From: Epiperipatus broadwayi
Lineage: Eukaryota; Animalia; Onychophora
Direction: 5' to 3'
Assembly: GCA_028023455.1 (NCBI GenBank)
Contig: JAQFVV010000003.1
Location: forward strand, 29,202,001 to 29,266,000
DNA length: 64,000 nt
Below, one piece after another: positions 36,672 through 50,630 of the stretch (positions are counted from its first letter, which is position 1; every line of letters starts with the position of its first letter). The position numbers were made by a program, and so were the translations under genes. The notes beneath the pieces are model-generated. The model ran no database searches. It had not been told where the DNA came from and was given only the letters and a program-made list of their open reading frames with translations.

Positions 36672-39600
36672 TGTAACCGTAAATCTTGATGTCCAGCTAA
36701 TGGCCACCGAAGGCCATTGCCCTCTCAACTACCTATCGTGCCGAACACATTGCGGCACCAAAAATTGTAACCATTTGATTGTGCGGTCCCAACTACGTAA
36801 CGTAAGTGCACTAAGAATTGTAACCTTGATTACTGATCAACTCTCACTCAATTATTATCAGCTATTAAGAGCTATAACAAAAAACATATCATGCTATCTA
36901 TTTAATGCACCAAAGACCACAATCAACATCTGGAGCAACTTACCATAGACCAAACTAATGATCTAACATAAACTTTTTACAATTTATTTGATCGCAGCCA
37001 GGGTATACCGCGAAGACCTATCATAGTATTATTATAAAACACATTAAACAAATTATAAGTGCAATGTTATTACTTTTAAACCTTAATTTGCGATTTTTAT
37101 GGTATGCGACCCTATGGCCGACCATGTACAAGATGGCGTAATTTGTGGAACTACATAAGATTATGAAATTTTAAACCATCTATATGATTTTTAATACAAA
37201 TGCTAGTCCAGGTAAAGCTTTGCAATAAATAAACATAAATACTTGGGTTCTGATTTTATAGTTTATCATATTACTGAGACTCTTATTATACTGACAAATG
37301 ACAATTTAAAAACGTTAAGTAAATATATTTAATCATATCATTATTTGGTAAATCTGTTCACAAGTTTAATAATTAATTTGTATTTTATACTAGAATCAAC
37401 TACGCAAAGCCACAATGATGGAAAAGGTAAATGGGATTTTATTGTACCTTACCAATCATAAATTACCAAAGACGAAAAGCATCTAAATGTTTTCTCAAAA
37501 ATATTTATAAACTCTTATATCATGTTGACGATAATATGTAATTCAAGGTATGCTCTTCAATGTATGCTCTATCCAAAATTTATGATTTCTGATGTTATGA
37601 ATGACACATAGCAACGGCACAGTAAGTTTAATTATAAATCAACGTTTATTTACAAATTTATGAACAATAAGTAATTAATTTCAATATTCTAAATAAAACA
37701 TAAATAAACAAATAAAATAAATAAATGACAATTCCATTGACTTTCTTCAATAACATCTCATAGGTACAGTTTTTAAAATCTAATCATACCTTATTTCAAT
37801 CTAATATAATGAATATTGATGAGATTATACGAAATTCAGCATCAAACTCATGAAATATTTAACGTCATTTCCAGATTCAATAAATCCCTACTGTACACCT
37901 ATAATAATATAATAAATAATATTATGTCTGTAGGATTTAGCTATAATGTAATCATTAAATAAAGTGAAAATGTAAACTTACATTCCGGTAAATAATAATC
38001 AACCAACAGTTAATTATTATGAAGTACTTGAATAGAATGTCCTGCTACCATTTAATAATCTAACCGATAAATTATGCTTACAAATGAAGAAGATGATTTA
38101 GCAGATTAACTAAAATACTTTGCCCAACTTATATCTGTGAAGCAAACATATTCCTGTGGATGTATTCATCTACACGTAGGAATTAAATAATACTAAACGT
38201 TTTGTGTATTTAAGCACCATCATAAAGTAATACGTATAATCACACAATTCCGCGGATTAACCACCAGCGCAGGAATGTGTGTAAAATACAAAAATGGCAA
38301 TTAAAATAATCTGCGGATTAACCACCAGCACAGATTAAAGCCCTTTAACATTCTAAAACAACATTATTATTTACTTCACATCAAAGTGCAAAATCATCCT
38401 CCTCAGTTCTTCTGACTATTCAGAATACACTAACACTTTAGCAAATGTGGGTTCTTGCTTAATAAAATGTTACACTAATCAGGACAACTAACGTACTACT
38501 TATCTTGCTTAAAATAAACATGTGTAATATAATATAAGTAATAGTGGCATAGGAATATAAATCTGGAAAGACTCACAAAATATCTCATAAAGATTGATAT
38601 ATCTCATGAATTCATTAAGTACTTTTAAGCTTTTCCGCAAGCGCTATTCTCTTGAATAAATATTTTATTCAACCCTTATTAATTTAAACCTAACAAAATA
38701 TAACTTATGAACTTCATATGCGAGTTCATATAACGATAAAATTAAATTAATGTATTATTCATTAAATATATAAAATTTAACGGTGTGTGTGTGATAAAAC
38801 TAAATGTAAAGCATTTTATAGTTCAATACATGAATTTTAGCAGATGTGTGTATCACAAATTGGATTGTATAGCATTTTATAACTCCTAATGTGATCCGTG
38901 GAATCCATGTACGATGTGTAGAATAATAAGTATACGAGGTAATAGCTATAACTGTAGTTAAATTCCATACATGCAATTCTATCCATTTGATTAGTTATTA
39001 TAAGCAATATTAGATTAACGATTTTGCGTGGCTCTCCAAACATGAAACAATTTTAAAACATGATACGCAGAATTTAAATGAAAATGTTTTTCATAAAGTT
39101 ATTAATCTCTACATTTCTCTATTAAAAGTGTTCCAAGTTTATCACATCCATGCAAGTATTTATTTATCCACGCGTTAATCCAGGAATACTAATTACAGCA
39201 ATTAATTTATTCATTTCAAACCGACGATAAAATTATAAAATAGCTTTGATTAATTATTTGAAAACTGTTTATTATCCAAATGTTAAACAAATTAACTAGC
39301 AAATATTACTGGCATTGTAAAGTTAAATATCAATCAATATTATATTTTATTAGAATTAAAAAACGGAAATATTAAAATATTTTGATAACTTTAACGTTTT
39401 ACTTTAACTTAAAATTCTTCTTTTTTAAAAAACAAATTTTCATATTCATAAAACTTCTGTAATTAAAATACTTATTTAATTTTTCCAAATTGTAGAATAA
39501 TAAATATTTCAAAACATACCAAAATCTTGTATTTAATTCTTTCAAACTTAAACTGGGAAGCTCCGACATTTTAAAAATGTAATATTGGAAATTATTACCA

Positions 39601-40208
39601 GTGATTCGATCCACTTGGCCAGCCGACTTGAACAGACTTTTAAAATTAGCAATTCATCTTATAATTAATTACCACTATGTTATATTTATGTTTATAGCAA
39701 GTTTTGTGGTAATCCGTTTACTTATTAACCATTTTAAAATAAGCTTAGCAAATTTACACCATTTGCCTTTACCATTTTCTTTTCTTTCTCCCTCCAAAAG
39801 CAAACTAACAGACGATCTTCCCTTAAATTTGCGCTCTTTTTTTTTTTTTTACATTGAGACGCATACGTAATTACTATATTTATTTTTAATAATTAATTTT
39901 TAATTGAACAAATGGTTTTTTAATTCAATGGAAATAATAATTTAAGATCATTTTAAACAAATAAAAATAAAATATCATTTTTAATACTATTTTACCAAAT
40001 TTTAATGTGTTGTCAAATTTTAAAAAGTTAAACGTTTTGATATAAGTTAGTATATGGAACGAAGCAAAATTTAAATTTATTAAAATAATATAATAGAGTA
40101 ATCTGTTCAAAATGCAGCTCAAGCCAATCAAATCACCAAAAGAAGAAAGAGAAATTTTTATACTAGTTACACCAAATAATATATTTTATACCAAAATATA
40201 TGGTTACA
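36672..40208. mobile_element. Unit A2 of the TGTAAC...GTTACA chain (3.5 kb, more diverged)
   Basis: TGTAAC start and GTTACA end between TA spacers. Its last 18 nt (ccaaaatatatggttaca) match the A1 end (ccaaaacatatagttaca), and it has subterminal TTGTAACC repeats. Confidence 0.55.
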
Positions 40209-40216
40209 ATATATAT

Positions 40217-43200
40217 AGTAACCTTCTCACTGGTCTAACTGGTCATAAACGAATCATGCCGCATGTTTTAGTGACCAAATTCTCCTATGCAACCTATCAT
40301 ACTCTCATTAACAAGAATATAAGCATGAAGAAACAAAAAAGGTAAAACTAACGAAATGATTCCTGTATTGAATAAAACTAGCATGAAACAATAGATCTAA
40401 AGAAGATCACAAGGCTACTAATAAAGATAATAATTTCTGGTCAAACCAGCTTTGAAATCCACACAAACAAAATGTGATGAGTTAAATTTGATATTCAGCA
40501 AACTAATAAATAACTAATAATTATATCTCTGGAATGATTATAAAATTAAACTTATAAATGAAATGATAAGTAAATTATGATGTAGATGACTAAATGGATG
40601 ATGAAAATAAGTAATAATTAAATAGTAGAATGAAATAAGTCTAAAAATGAAGAAAAAAGAAGGAAGATGTATGAGAGTAATGAATGATTAAGATGATGAT
40701 AGAATAAGAGTTAATGAATAGTTAAGATGCTAAAAGAATAAAGTTAATATATAATTAATCAATTATGATAATGAATTAAAGTCAAATGAGAATGAAGAAA
40801 TAAAAGAATGATCAAGATAAAATTGAAGAACAATGTTAATGATGGAGACTGAAATCTTAAACTATAAACTAATATAGTATTAAATGGTAAAAAAAAAAAA
40901 ATAAGCTAAATAAAAATAGGGATTTCAAGCTTGACACAACCAGAATATTTATCATGAAGTTAAAACAAGCTATACTTTTTACAACAAAAGAAGTAATTTA
41001 TACCTTAAAGTTTGGTTGACTTTTATAAAACAGTGAAAGTAATCTATTTCAAGTCCAACTATAATAATTAACTAGATATAAAATTTATTACAAATTTAAA
41101 TTCTACCTTGAAACTTAACACCTAATTCTTCTCAGAGTTCAAGCACTCAAAATCATTATACACAATATATTTGAGTCAGTGAGAGGGATTTTACCACTAC
41201 CCGAATAGAATGCACAAAACTTTATGAACTCAATAACTCTTATAACTTTAATATTTAAGAAATAGGAATAACTTTTTAATAAATAAATACAATAACTTAC
41301 CAAATTCCTTTTCTCAAATAATTATAAACCATGTGACCAAGATCAGTGAATGATAGCTCTGCGGGTTCAACTAAACCAATTAACTCAATATTATATTTAT
41401 CTTTTAATCTATTACTTAAAATAATCTGTACTCTAAGTTATTAACATTTTGATTATTGTGTGATGATGCATTAGATGTACTAATAAATTATAAGGCTTAA
41501 CAAAATTATTATGATACAGCATAATATAGTTAATAGTACTATATTGGTCGATGATGATTTCAATTTATAATCTTCTGATAGGTCGATAGCAATAACAATA
41601 ATAGTGTATATATGGTGATTAGCAATAAGACTACAGGCAACTAAATAAATTTTTAAACACAACAAACTTTATTTACAATATTTACAAATTTCAATTCAAA
41701 GACATGGCATGAAATAAAACCAATCTATGAAATTAAACTCAGGGATGGAAAATACTCAGTATCACATTGACCATGTTCTTAGTCAATACCACCAGCTTCT
41801 ACAATGATATTCAAAGTATTACTTATTACTGTTTAGCCTATCTTAAAGAATAAGATCAAGAAACCTTATTGAAACTGACCTAGCAGTTAAATTACAAAAA
41901 ACAACAGTGAATTTAAGACTTTATGGTATGCACAAATTTTAAATTTAGAATTCAAAAGTTATAAAGGGGTGCATTATATCAAAGCCATTTCTTTTATCAG
42001 AATATGATAAGGACAATTATCATATTCTGTGCAATTAATAACTGATTAAAATTTGAGATGAATAGGTTTGGTGTACTAAAGAACAGACATCAAAAGTCAA
42101 ATACACAGATGTCACTAAAACATTATCTATGTCCACAACCTAATTATTGAATACTTAACTGATCTTACCAATCCATTGTTAAATCATTATTCGATGAAGA
42201 TAAATCCACACTGCCCATGTGCATCTCTTGCTTTTACATCTAAAAATTTCCCAATCATTAATAGATCTTGGTTTGGTCTGTCTATAACTGATGATGATCC
42301 TATAACATCATAAAACACTATTTCAATTAATCAAACACTACAGATAGACAAGTGTTCCTTAATATAACATTATTTTATCCTTGCCATATGATTTTGAACT
42401 ACTATACTTCATCATACACGGTGAAAAAACTTACTCTATATCATCATGAGGGATCTAACAATAAAGGAAGGCTCTATAAAACAACATGACAGTTGTATAA
42501 TAATATGGCTAATTCTACTACCTCTCTATGGGTATACACATGTGCGCTTTTCCTCATCATGGAAAATAGAATTCAAACCATGGATATCTTCTTTTGGGAT
42601 TAATTATGCTAACCTCTCATTAATTCTTATTACTCAGCCTCTACCAAACTATCCTCTCATGGAATCAGCAATAGGTGATTCTCCATCAGCCCATGCTCAA
42701 TATTAATATTAATCTATTGGATGCCATTCTATTGGCACATCCCATCAGCTAAAAACTATCACAAATCATTCTCAATATTATAGCAAGGTAAAACAACACT
42801 AACAATAACAGTGGAGATATACATATTCCATTTCACAATGCAGAACCATTAATGTATCATTAGACAAACCAAAATATATGTCAAATGATCATTAATTGTT
42901 TTAAAATGACACTTATACCTTTGTTAAAGAGAGCACAATGCATTTAAACAATAAAGAACAACCTGCATTTGTATTGAAAGTGGACAAGTTCGTAGGCAAA
43001 CTTAATATATAAAAAAAAAACTTATATTAATTCTTTCATATAAGAACGCAATTAGATCCTTATAGTATATCTTTGACAAAATATTTGTCTGTTCACCTTC
43101 AATAAAGTATTAAAATCTGTTAAAAAAAATACGAGAAATAAATCTCTCTTCCTCTCTGTTTAGATGAACGATATATAATATCATGTTTTCCCTTAACTGA

Positions 43201-45231
43201 AAAAATAAAAATACATGTAATAGATGTATATATTTTACACATTTTTTTCTCTTTAACTCAATATATATTTCATACCACAATCAAACATATATGTTTAAAA
43301 ACAAAATTCCCAAATAACACACATGACATAAGCATCATAAGCTAACACCGCAATAATAAACAAAAATAATAAACAAAAGTTTTCTACCATCAGAGTTTAT
43401 CCTGTTAGTGAGGTTTATTTTATTCTGGTGAGCTAAAATGACAAGAACTGATATTATGATGGGTAAACATTCCAAATAACGCATGTATATATTTTTATTA
43501 TCCTGTTTGATGCATAATAAAGCAATATTCAACACTTCTCCAAAGGCAAAAAAAAAATTATTTAATGGTTTCTGTACCGATAATTAATAAGACAATTAAA
43601 ATTCACACTTCTAAGTGTAGCATACTTAAAAGGATAGATAGGTTTATCTACTTTTCTTTAGATAATTTTCCTTAATAACTTTATAGGTTATTATAATCTT
43701 CAAAACAAACATTTTTTTAAAATACATTTATTGACTTATTCGATATTAACATAGTGAGATCAGGTTTAAACATAAAATTAAAATGTAGTATAACTAAAAT
43801 CAGTTTATTTCAGTTTTAATCCAGATAATTTTCCTTGAAAATGACTTTAGAATTTTATTACAATTAACATATTTAACTTTTTTTTTTAAAAAATAATTTA
43901 TTGATTCTGTTCTTTCCTCCTGCAGCAATATATGTAACAATCTTTAAACAATCTGGGCATTTTTTAAACCATTTTTAAAAATCTTATTTATACGCATTGC
44001 ACGGAAAACTTTTAAAAGTAAAGATTTATTTTATTATATTTCCTTGACAAAGTAATAACTGTTTAGCACTATTAAAAAGAATTTATCCAATTACAAGTCC
44101 GATATCTTGAGCATTTTTTAATGAATCTGTAATCGTTCATTTCTATCATTACACAAGTTCACACTAGGAAAAATCAGCAGATGAGAACCGATAATAAAAT
44201 CACGTGATTATCTTTTACTTTATTAAAAGTTAGATGATTCAAAAATGACTTTTTAATTTATTTACTATATATATCATAACACTTGTCTTCAAAATTATCT
44301 CGAATTATTTTTTTCTTGAGGTTTTAATTCTTCTGGATAATAAGACTGGTGCGAAATACAAAAAAACATTACCATCTCTTTATTTTAACTGTAAATAATT
44401 CGTGCATCATTTTTAAAAAAGAGATTTTAAAAATATGAATAAAATACAAGCAAAAGCTTACTTTTTCTTGAATTTTTCTGGGTTTGAAGCAATATTTATG
44501 GGAATAAGTTATGATGCACAGGTTTCCATTTCCTTTCCAGTATAACTTTTAAGAACCATGAATCGATGGAAAAGGTGTTTAAAACGATAGCAAGGCTTTT
44601 AGATTTTTATTCAATGTTTTTAGATAACAATATACTATAATCCTTATTCAATTAAATTCCAAATTTTTCTGATTTTTAGCTTTTTTTCTCCTTATTTTAG
44701 AAGATCAGAGTTGAAGTCTGTGGTTGTTTAGTTCTCTTTTTCTTACTCCATCCCCTACAACTTTGTTTTAATATATATAGTTTTTATTACAAGGCATTGT
44801 GGTAACAAATTAACCGATAATCTTAGTGTGAATATATTAATATTACCCCCTCTGGCTTCATTTTTAATAACTACTCATACTTATTTAAGACAGCTTTGGA
44901 TTCACTAAAAAAAAATATGCTTTAGAATTAACTATAACCATTTGTTTTACCAGATTTAATAAATTTACTTTATTTATTTATATTGCTATTCAACAATTAT
45001 AAAATAGCAATATATTTATCTCCCAATTAATAACAATATTTTTAAATTGTTGTTTTATCCCTAGTTTCAAACCTACACTGGGTTTGAAATCTCATCTCCA
45101 CTCAAGCAATTTCCTAGTGCATCCAGAACAGTCTTTATTGAAAGTCACTCATTAAGATTTTCATGCCAGATATATTATTATGATTTAAAATTTTGGATTA
45201 TTTAATACAGGAACTTAAATAAAATGTCACA
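40217..45231 (-). mobile_element. Unit A3 of the unclassified element family (5.0 kb)
   Basis: AGTAACCTTC start (A1: TGTAACCTTC) and GTCACA end before (AT)n. Homologous to A1 at about 40400-41690, 41760-43500 and near the right end. Confidence 0.65.
41301..41414 (-). pseudogene. Exon of an unknown element-borne gene in A3: NRLKDKYNIELIGLVEPAELSFTDLGHMVYNYLRKGI
   Basis: 114-bp open exon with tttaag acceptor and gtaagt donor; differences from A1 in the EPA.LSFTDL.H core are largely synonymous. Confidence 0.7.
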
Positions 45232-46240
45232 ATATATATATATGTGTGTGTGTTACATAGTTGATAATTTAAAAATAAATAAACAAATTATTAAGAAAAA
45301 CGAGAATAGTTAAAAAAATAATATATTTAAGAAATAGATTTTTAAAACATAATTTTATAAAAATAAAAGATTGTATCATTTTCTGTTTAGAATAGATTAA
45401 AGCTATTTATTAAGAGTGGGGTGGGAAAAAGAATCAGGAAAAATAGAGATCTTAAAACCCACTCTCTTTTCTTTTTATTAATTAAAAAGAAAAAGAAATA
45501 AATATTTAAAAAAACTTAATGTTAAAATAAAATTAGTTTATAAAAATACTTTTGTGAAATATCTCATCAGCAGGAATGCAATTAATTTGGAAAGTTCCTG
45601 AATGATAAGATATTAGATAAATCTAAGATTAGATAAAACAAAATGTAAAAATTAATTAAAACTAAACTTATGCTATGATAAAAATTAAAACTATAAGGAA
45701 ATAAACAATGGGAGAGTTAAAAATAAAAGTTGCAGCTTGGCTATTGTTTTTTCATTCTTGCACTCATTCAGATCTTCAGAGAGTTGAAAAGTTGTTGTTG
45801 AGAGTTTTTCAAAGTTCAGTGTTTCTAATTGCAAGTTTCGAGTTTACTAGTTCATCGATTCATTCATCACTGAGGGCATAGTTAATGTGACCCTCAGTGA
45901 ACCAGTCATTACTGCTGTGGTTAATATCAATGCTGAAGCAACAGAATTAGCAAAACATCAAATCAAAGTCAGATGTAAACAAAGTATCTTTCAATGCAAC
46001 TAAGCATTAGTTCTTACATGGCAAAAATTATTTTTATTCATTTAAAAATCTTTTGTGAGGAATAATTTCAAAAATGAATGTGAAATAAGCTAATCAATAC
46101 CTTACAGCAAATTGAATGTAATTATTGAAATGAATAACAAAGCAGCAACCTTTTTGTAATTGACAGAGTAGAGATTTGGCCATTTTAATATTTATATACT
46201 TATGTGTGTGTAACCCATACATAATATTAATTTATTTTAC

Positions 46241-46342
46241 CTCTAGACTTTCATGCATAATATCTCGAACAAGAGTCCATGGAACTAATGATGTCTCTCG
46301 ATTGTTATTAAGAACAGAACTTGCAACTTTACAAAGTAAAAG
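46241..46342 (-). CDS. GTF3C1: GTF3C1 internal exon: LLLCKVASSVLNNNRETSLVPWTLVRDIMHESLE
   Basis: 102-bp phase 0/0 GT-AG exon. Matches remembered human LVLCRIASNVLN...VTWQVVRDILHATFE. Confidence 0.93.
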
Positions 46343-46623
46343 CTAAATAAAAGATAACATTTTTATTCAAATTACTAAACATTTAGTATATATATATGTA
46401 AATGTATATGTTTCAACAAGAAAATTAAATAATTATAAAAATTAAAGGAAAAAATGACAAAAAGAAAAAGAATAAAAAAGAGAAAGAAAAATGAAGAATA
46501 GAAACAAAAAATCTAAAAACAAGAAAGAAAATAATGAAGAAAAGAGAAAGGGGGAAAAAATAAAATTTGAAAAATATGAAGAGTATAAAAATATAAAAAC
46601 AATATAAATAATGAAGTTAATAC

Positions 46624-46721
46624 CAAACTATCTTCCTGAGAAGTCCAACTAACTCTTTCTTTTGTTAAACGACGAAGAGCCATTTGATCTGTTTCATCAT
46701 AATACTGTTTTCGAATTTTCT
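46624..46721 (-). CDS. GTF3C1: GTF3C1 internal exon: KIRKQYYDETDQMALRRLTKERVSWTSQEDSL
   Basis: 98-bp phase 1/0 GT-AG exon. Matches remembered human [27 protein letters not shown]. Confidence 0.93.
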
Positions 46722-49700
46722 CTAAAAAATCATAAAACAAACTTAATTTTTTTTTGTTAAAAATTTTGGAATATTAAAAATGCAAAGAATATAATTTTTA
46801 AAAATATTTTAAATAAATCTATACATTGCATAAATAATTCATTGGTAAAATATAAAACCATCCTTGGAAAAAAAAGAAAATAGCAACAATAATTTCCAAA
46901 TAATCATTTAAAATCTTATTTTACAACCAAATACAAACAATTAATTATACCATTATATTTAGTCATTTTTTGTTTATGAAGTTTCTTGGATTAATTTCTA
47001 GCTGAGCAAAGTAAAGAAAAAGCTTATAACAGATGGCACCAGAGCAGAAAATAGAACTATTATTGTTATATAGATATCAACAATTTATCTTTAAGTTTGT
47101 AGTTAATTAAAATATTATAAAATTAGTGGTTTAAAAAATAATTGTTATCTATTACAATTATTTATTTATTTTGTAGACAAAATGTCCCCAAACTATCACT
47201 TATAAATAATATCCGTAATGATTTCAAATAAGTGAATTCATTTGTTATTTCATTAAGTTTATGAAATGGACAATATTAACTAGAGACAGTACAGAACTAT
47301 TTTAGAAATAGTTAATAGGGAGTTGTGAGCTTACTAATAAAATCTAATAGTACTTGGAAAAATCAAAATGAGCTAGCTTTATTGATGAAATTATAAAAAG
47401 AAATCACATAAGCCCATTTCATCCATCATAATTATCCTCTTGTTGAAAAAATTTCCCTGTCAAATTTCCAGAATGATATTGATTTGATAGTATTTAGTAG
47501 TGAAAATATGTGTTGAGTTAGTAATAAACTGTGATCTACTTAAATAATTTTTTATACATTTTGGTAAGGCGATCTTTCTACTAATATGGAAGAATACATA
47601 ATAAGATTACTACATTTGCAATCAGAGAATATTTAATGTGATAGTAATATTTCTAATAATAATGTTTAATTGCATATTTAGAAGTTATATACGAGTAGTT
47701 TACTAGAATAAGGCACAGCATTCTATAGTAGAATGTATTAGTATTAAAAGAACTGAGAGTATTAACATATTCTCAAAAGGAAATAACCAATTTTCCAAGA
47801 ATGTTAGTTATAACAACAATTATGGATGTAATTCTTGAAAGTTGAGAAAAGTAAGTTAGCTGAAGATTATGTTCAAGTAGTATAAAATAGAATCATGCTG
47901 TTTCAGACTTTCTTTTCTAGAAGATTATATTCAATTTACATGATGCTTCTCCCTTGTTTAGTTGGAATACTGATAATACTGTTTAATGCAATTAGTAATA
48001 AGGCATCTAATCACACAGAAAACCATAATTAGAAGGTATATTACTTCAAAAAGACAAAATAATTGACAATCCTATATGCAGAACAATATGTATATAAACA
48101 AATTTCTAATAATTAAAAAGTAGTAGTTATAGCACCTAACTATTTCAGATAATATTAGATAATTAAGATAGTAATGACCTCTATTTTCATTCACTACTTT
48201 AAGTAATAAAACAAGAGCAGTTCTCTATTCTAAAATTATCTATAATAAATGCTAGAATAAAAAATTGCTTTTGTTTTGTCATATATTATGTAAATTAAAA
48301 AATTAGATGATTTATTATCATTATCTTATGAATTCAATGACTAGTTAACAATTGCCAGATATCAATACAATTAATTACCCCAGATTACCAGAATTTACTG
48401 TGATTAAGCTAAACTCATTCTGCATGAGACATTGTTAAATTCAATTATATGACAAGATTTTGTTTTGAAACCATTTATTTTTGTCCATCTAGATAATTCA
48501 GAAACCATTTACTTTGATAAGTATCCTTTTGCATTTCAATAATTTTATTATGATAATATAAGATTGACCACATAAGATTGTTTTTTCAATTCTCTTTGCA
48601 AAGTGATGCAGTAAAATATTCTTTTCAGCAGTAACTTCTTACCACTCCAGAATCAACCCTGTAAGCATGACCAAAGAATTAATATCAACAGATTTACACA
48701 ACTGTTTTTCTATCTTAATAACAATTTTTAATATAAGAATTGCTTTTGCACTGTTCTTACACATCAAGCAACTTTTAGTTAAATTATACTACTCAAATTA
48801 ATAGATTGAAATTTTCTAATACCACAAGGTTTTAAATTCAAGCCAATTTACTTGTCTAGTTTATATATGATTAACAATAAATTTTAAAAAGTGATTATAG
48901 TAGGTTGGCACTTTTAACAAAAGATCAAAGATGCCTAGCAATTGGTGTATAACTGAAATTATTTAGATATATTGATGCTGTCCAAGGAACACATTTATAA
49001 AGCTAGATGAACAATTTAAGTTAAAATCTTTATAATATTTGAATATTTCAAATCATAGACTAGTATACTATAAAAAATTGTCAAAGGCTTGATATAATGA
49101 AAAAACAATGATTACTATTTAAAATTGGGCATTAAACAAAAAATCATTGTTGAAATTTGATTGCACTGCAATCTGAGGTTCACTGGTTGTTCATATTTAA
49201 GTGAAGAGATTATTACTCTCAAATGCAGATTAAATATAAACATTACGAATTACATAATGCTTTAAAACAAAAACATCTCCCTACTCTAATGTCGTGCATA
49301 GTAAGCTTGAGTATTCAATGATAACTAAATGTGAATTCATTTACAATAGAATAATTAAATATATAAGATTTATCAATTACAGTCTTTATTTGCAAAAATA
49401 ATTTATATTTTCTATACTGAAGCAGAACTCTTGAAAATATGTATAAAATAATAATAATCTCCAAACTTTTCTGTTTAAATCTGGAAAAATACATATAAAA
49501 AGTTAATTTGGAAAATATCATTATTATTTTTTTAATCAATTAATACACACTTGCACTTCCCTCACTCACCAAAAAAAAAAAAATTAAAAAAATATTAAGA
49601 AGAATAGCAGAAACAGCTTCTAATTTTACAATGTATGTGCATAATATTTAAACAGCATTAAACTGTTGGATTTTATTCAAAGTGTAAAATTGGATCACTA

Positions 49701-50379
49701 GTTAAAAAGATTCTATGGCCAAGTAAAAATATCTGTTTGTCATCTTATGCATTATAGACTAATATGTTCTTGGAGAAACTCAATGTCTATCATTAAGATT
49801 TCTTTTTAGAAGACATTGTATAATCATAATGATAATTATTTAAAAGGTCATGTGACATTCAAGCACCTAAAAGGCAGACTGATTACAACATTTTCATTCA
49901 GCTTATCAAGAGATATTTTTTCTGTAAATAGCTTAGAGTTTATGCAAAAACCTTAAGTTCAGAATTTGCTATTCTACCATTCAGTAAAATTATACAGATA
50001 GAAGAAATTTACATATTTTCAATTATTATTTTTTGTTATTTCCCATTTAAGCAATTTTGACTTGATTAAAAATGGAACAAGAATAATAAAGATTAATGTT
50101 AACAGTAACTTAATACTATAAGACATTTCTATTCTAAAAATTTATTTTATAAAGTACAGTTGGATGAGACATTTTTATAATAAACTGAGTAACATTGGCA
50201 AATTACCAAAGTCCAAATATGTAGTGTGACCAAATATTCCTATCCAACATAAGCCAGAGTAATCAGTGATTATCAGATGCACCTGGTAATTATGATTATT
50301 TAAATTTATATTTTACTAAATTTAATACAAATAAAAAAAACTGTCTAGAAAAAAAAATTCAAATAAATTAATATCTTAC

Positions 50380-50448
50380 TTTGCAATTGCTTAACTGGTC
50401 TTGCAACTGATCCTGATTTTTTTTTTACTTTAGATGGTTTGGAAATAT
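50380..50448 (-). CDS. GTF3C1: GTF3C1 basic linker exon: (N)ISKPSKVKKKSGSVARPVKQLQ
   Basis: 69-bp phase 1/1 exon with tttaag acceptor and gtaaga donor. In frame with both neighbours; Lys-rich, as expected upstream of the YYDE motif. Confidence 0.8.
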
Positions 50449-50534
50449 CTTAAAAATATATACATATATATATTTTATATTTGGTAAAAAGTCACATCAC
50501 TAACCTAAAAAAAAAAACATACATATATATATAC

Positions 50535-50630
50535 TTTGATTCTTCTTTTTACGTTTCAAGCCTTTTTGAATATTTTCCATTGTTACTTTAACAACTTCAG
50601 GTAAGGATGCAGATTTTTCATTTGTACTAT
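50535..50630 (-). CDS. GTF3C1: GTF3C1 linker exon: (D)STNEKSASLPEVVKVTMENIQKGLKRKKKNQ
   Basis: 96-bp phase 1/1 open exon with atttag acceptor and gtatat donor; contains an NLS-like KRKKK. Confidence 0.8.

Noticed and set aside
45800-45930. Minus-strand DWFTEGHINYAL resembling a Ulp1 protease WLxDxxIN motif
   Set aside because: A single short motif among stops, with no catalytic H/D/C blocks found.
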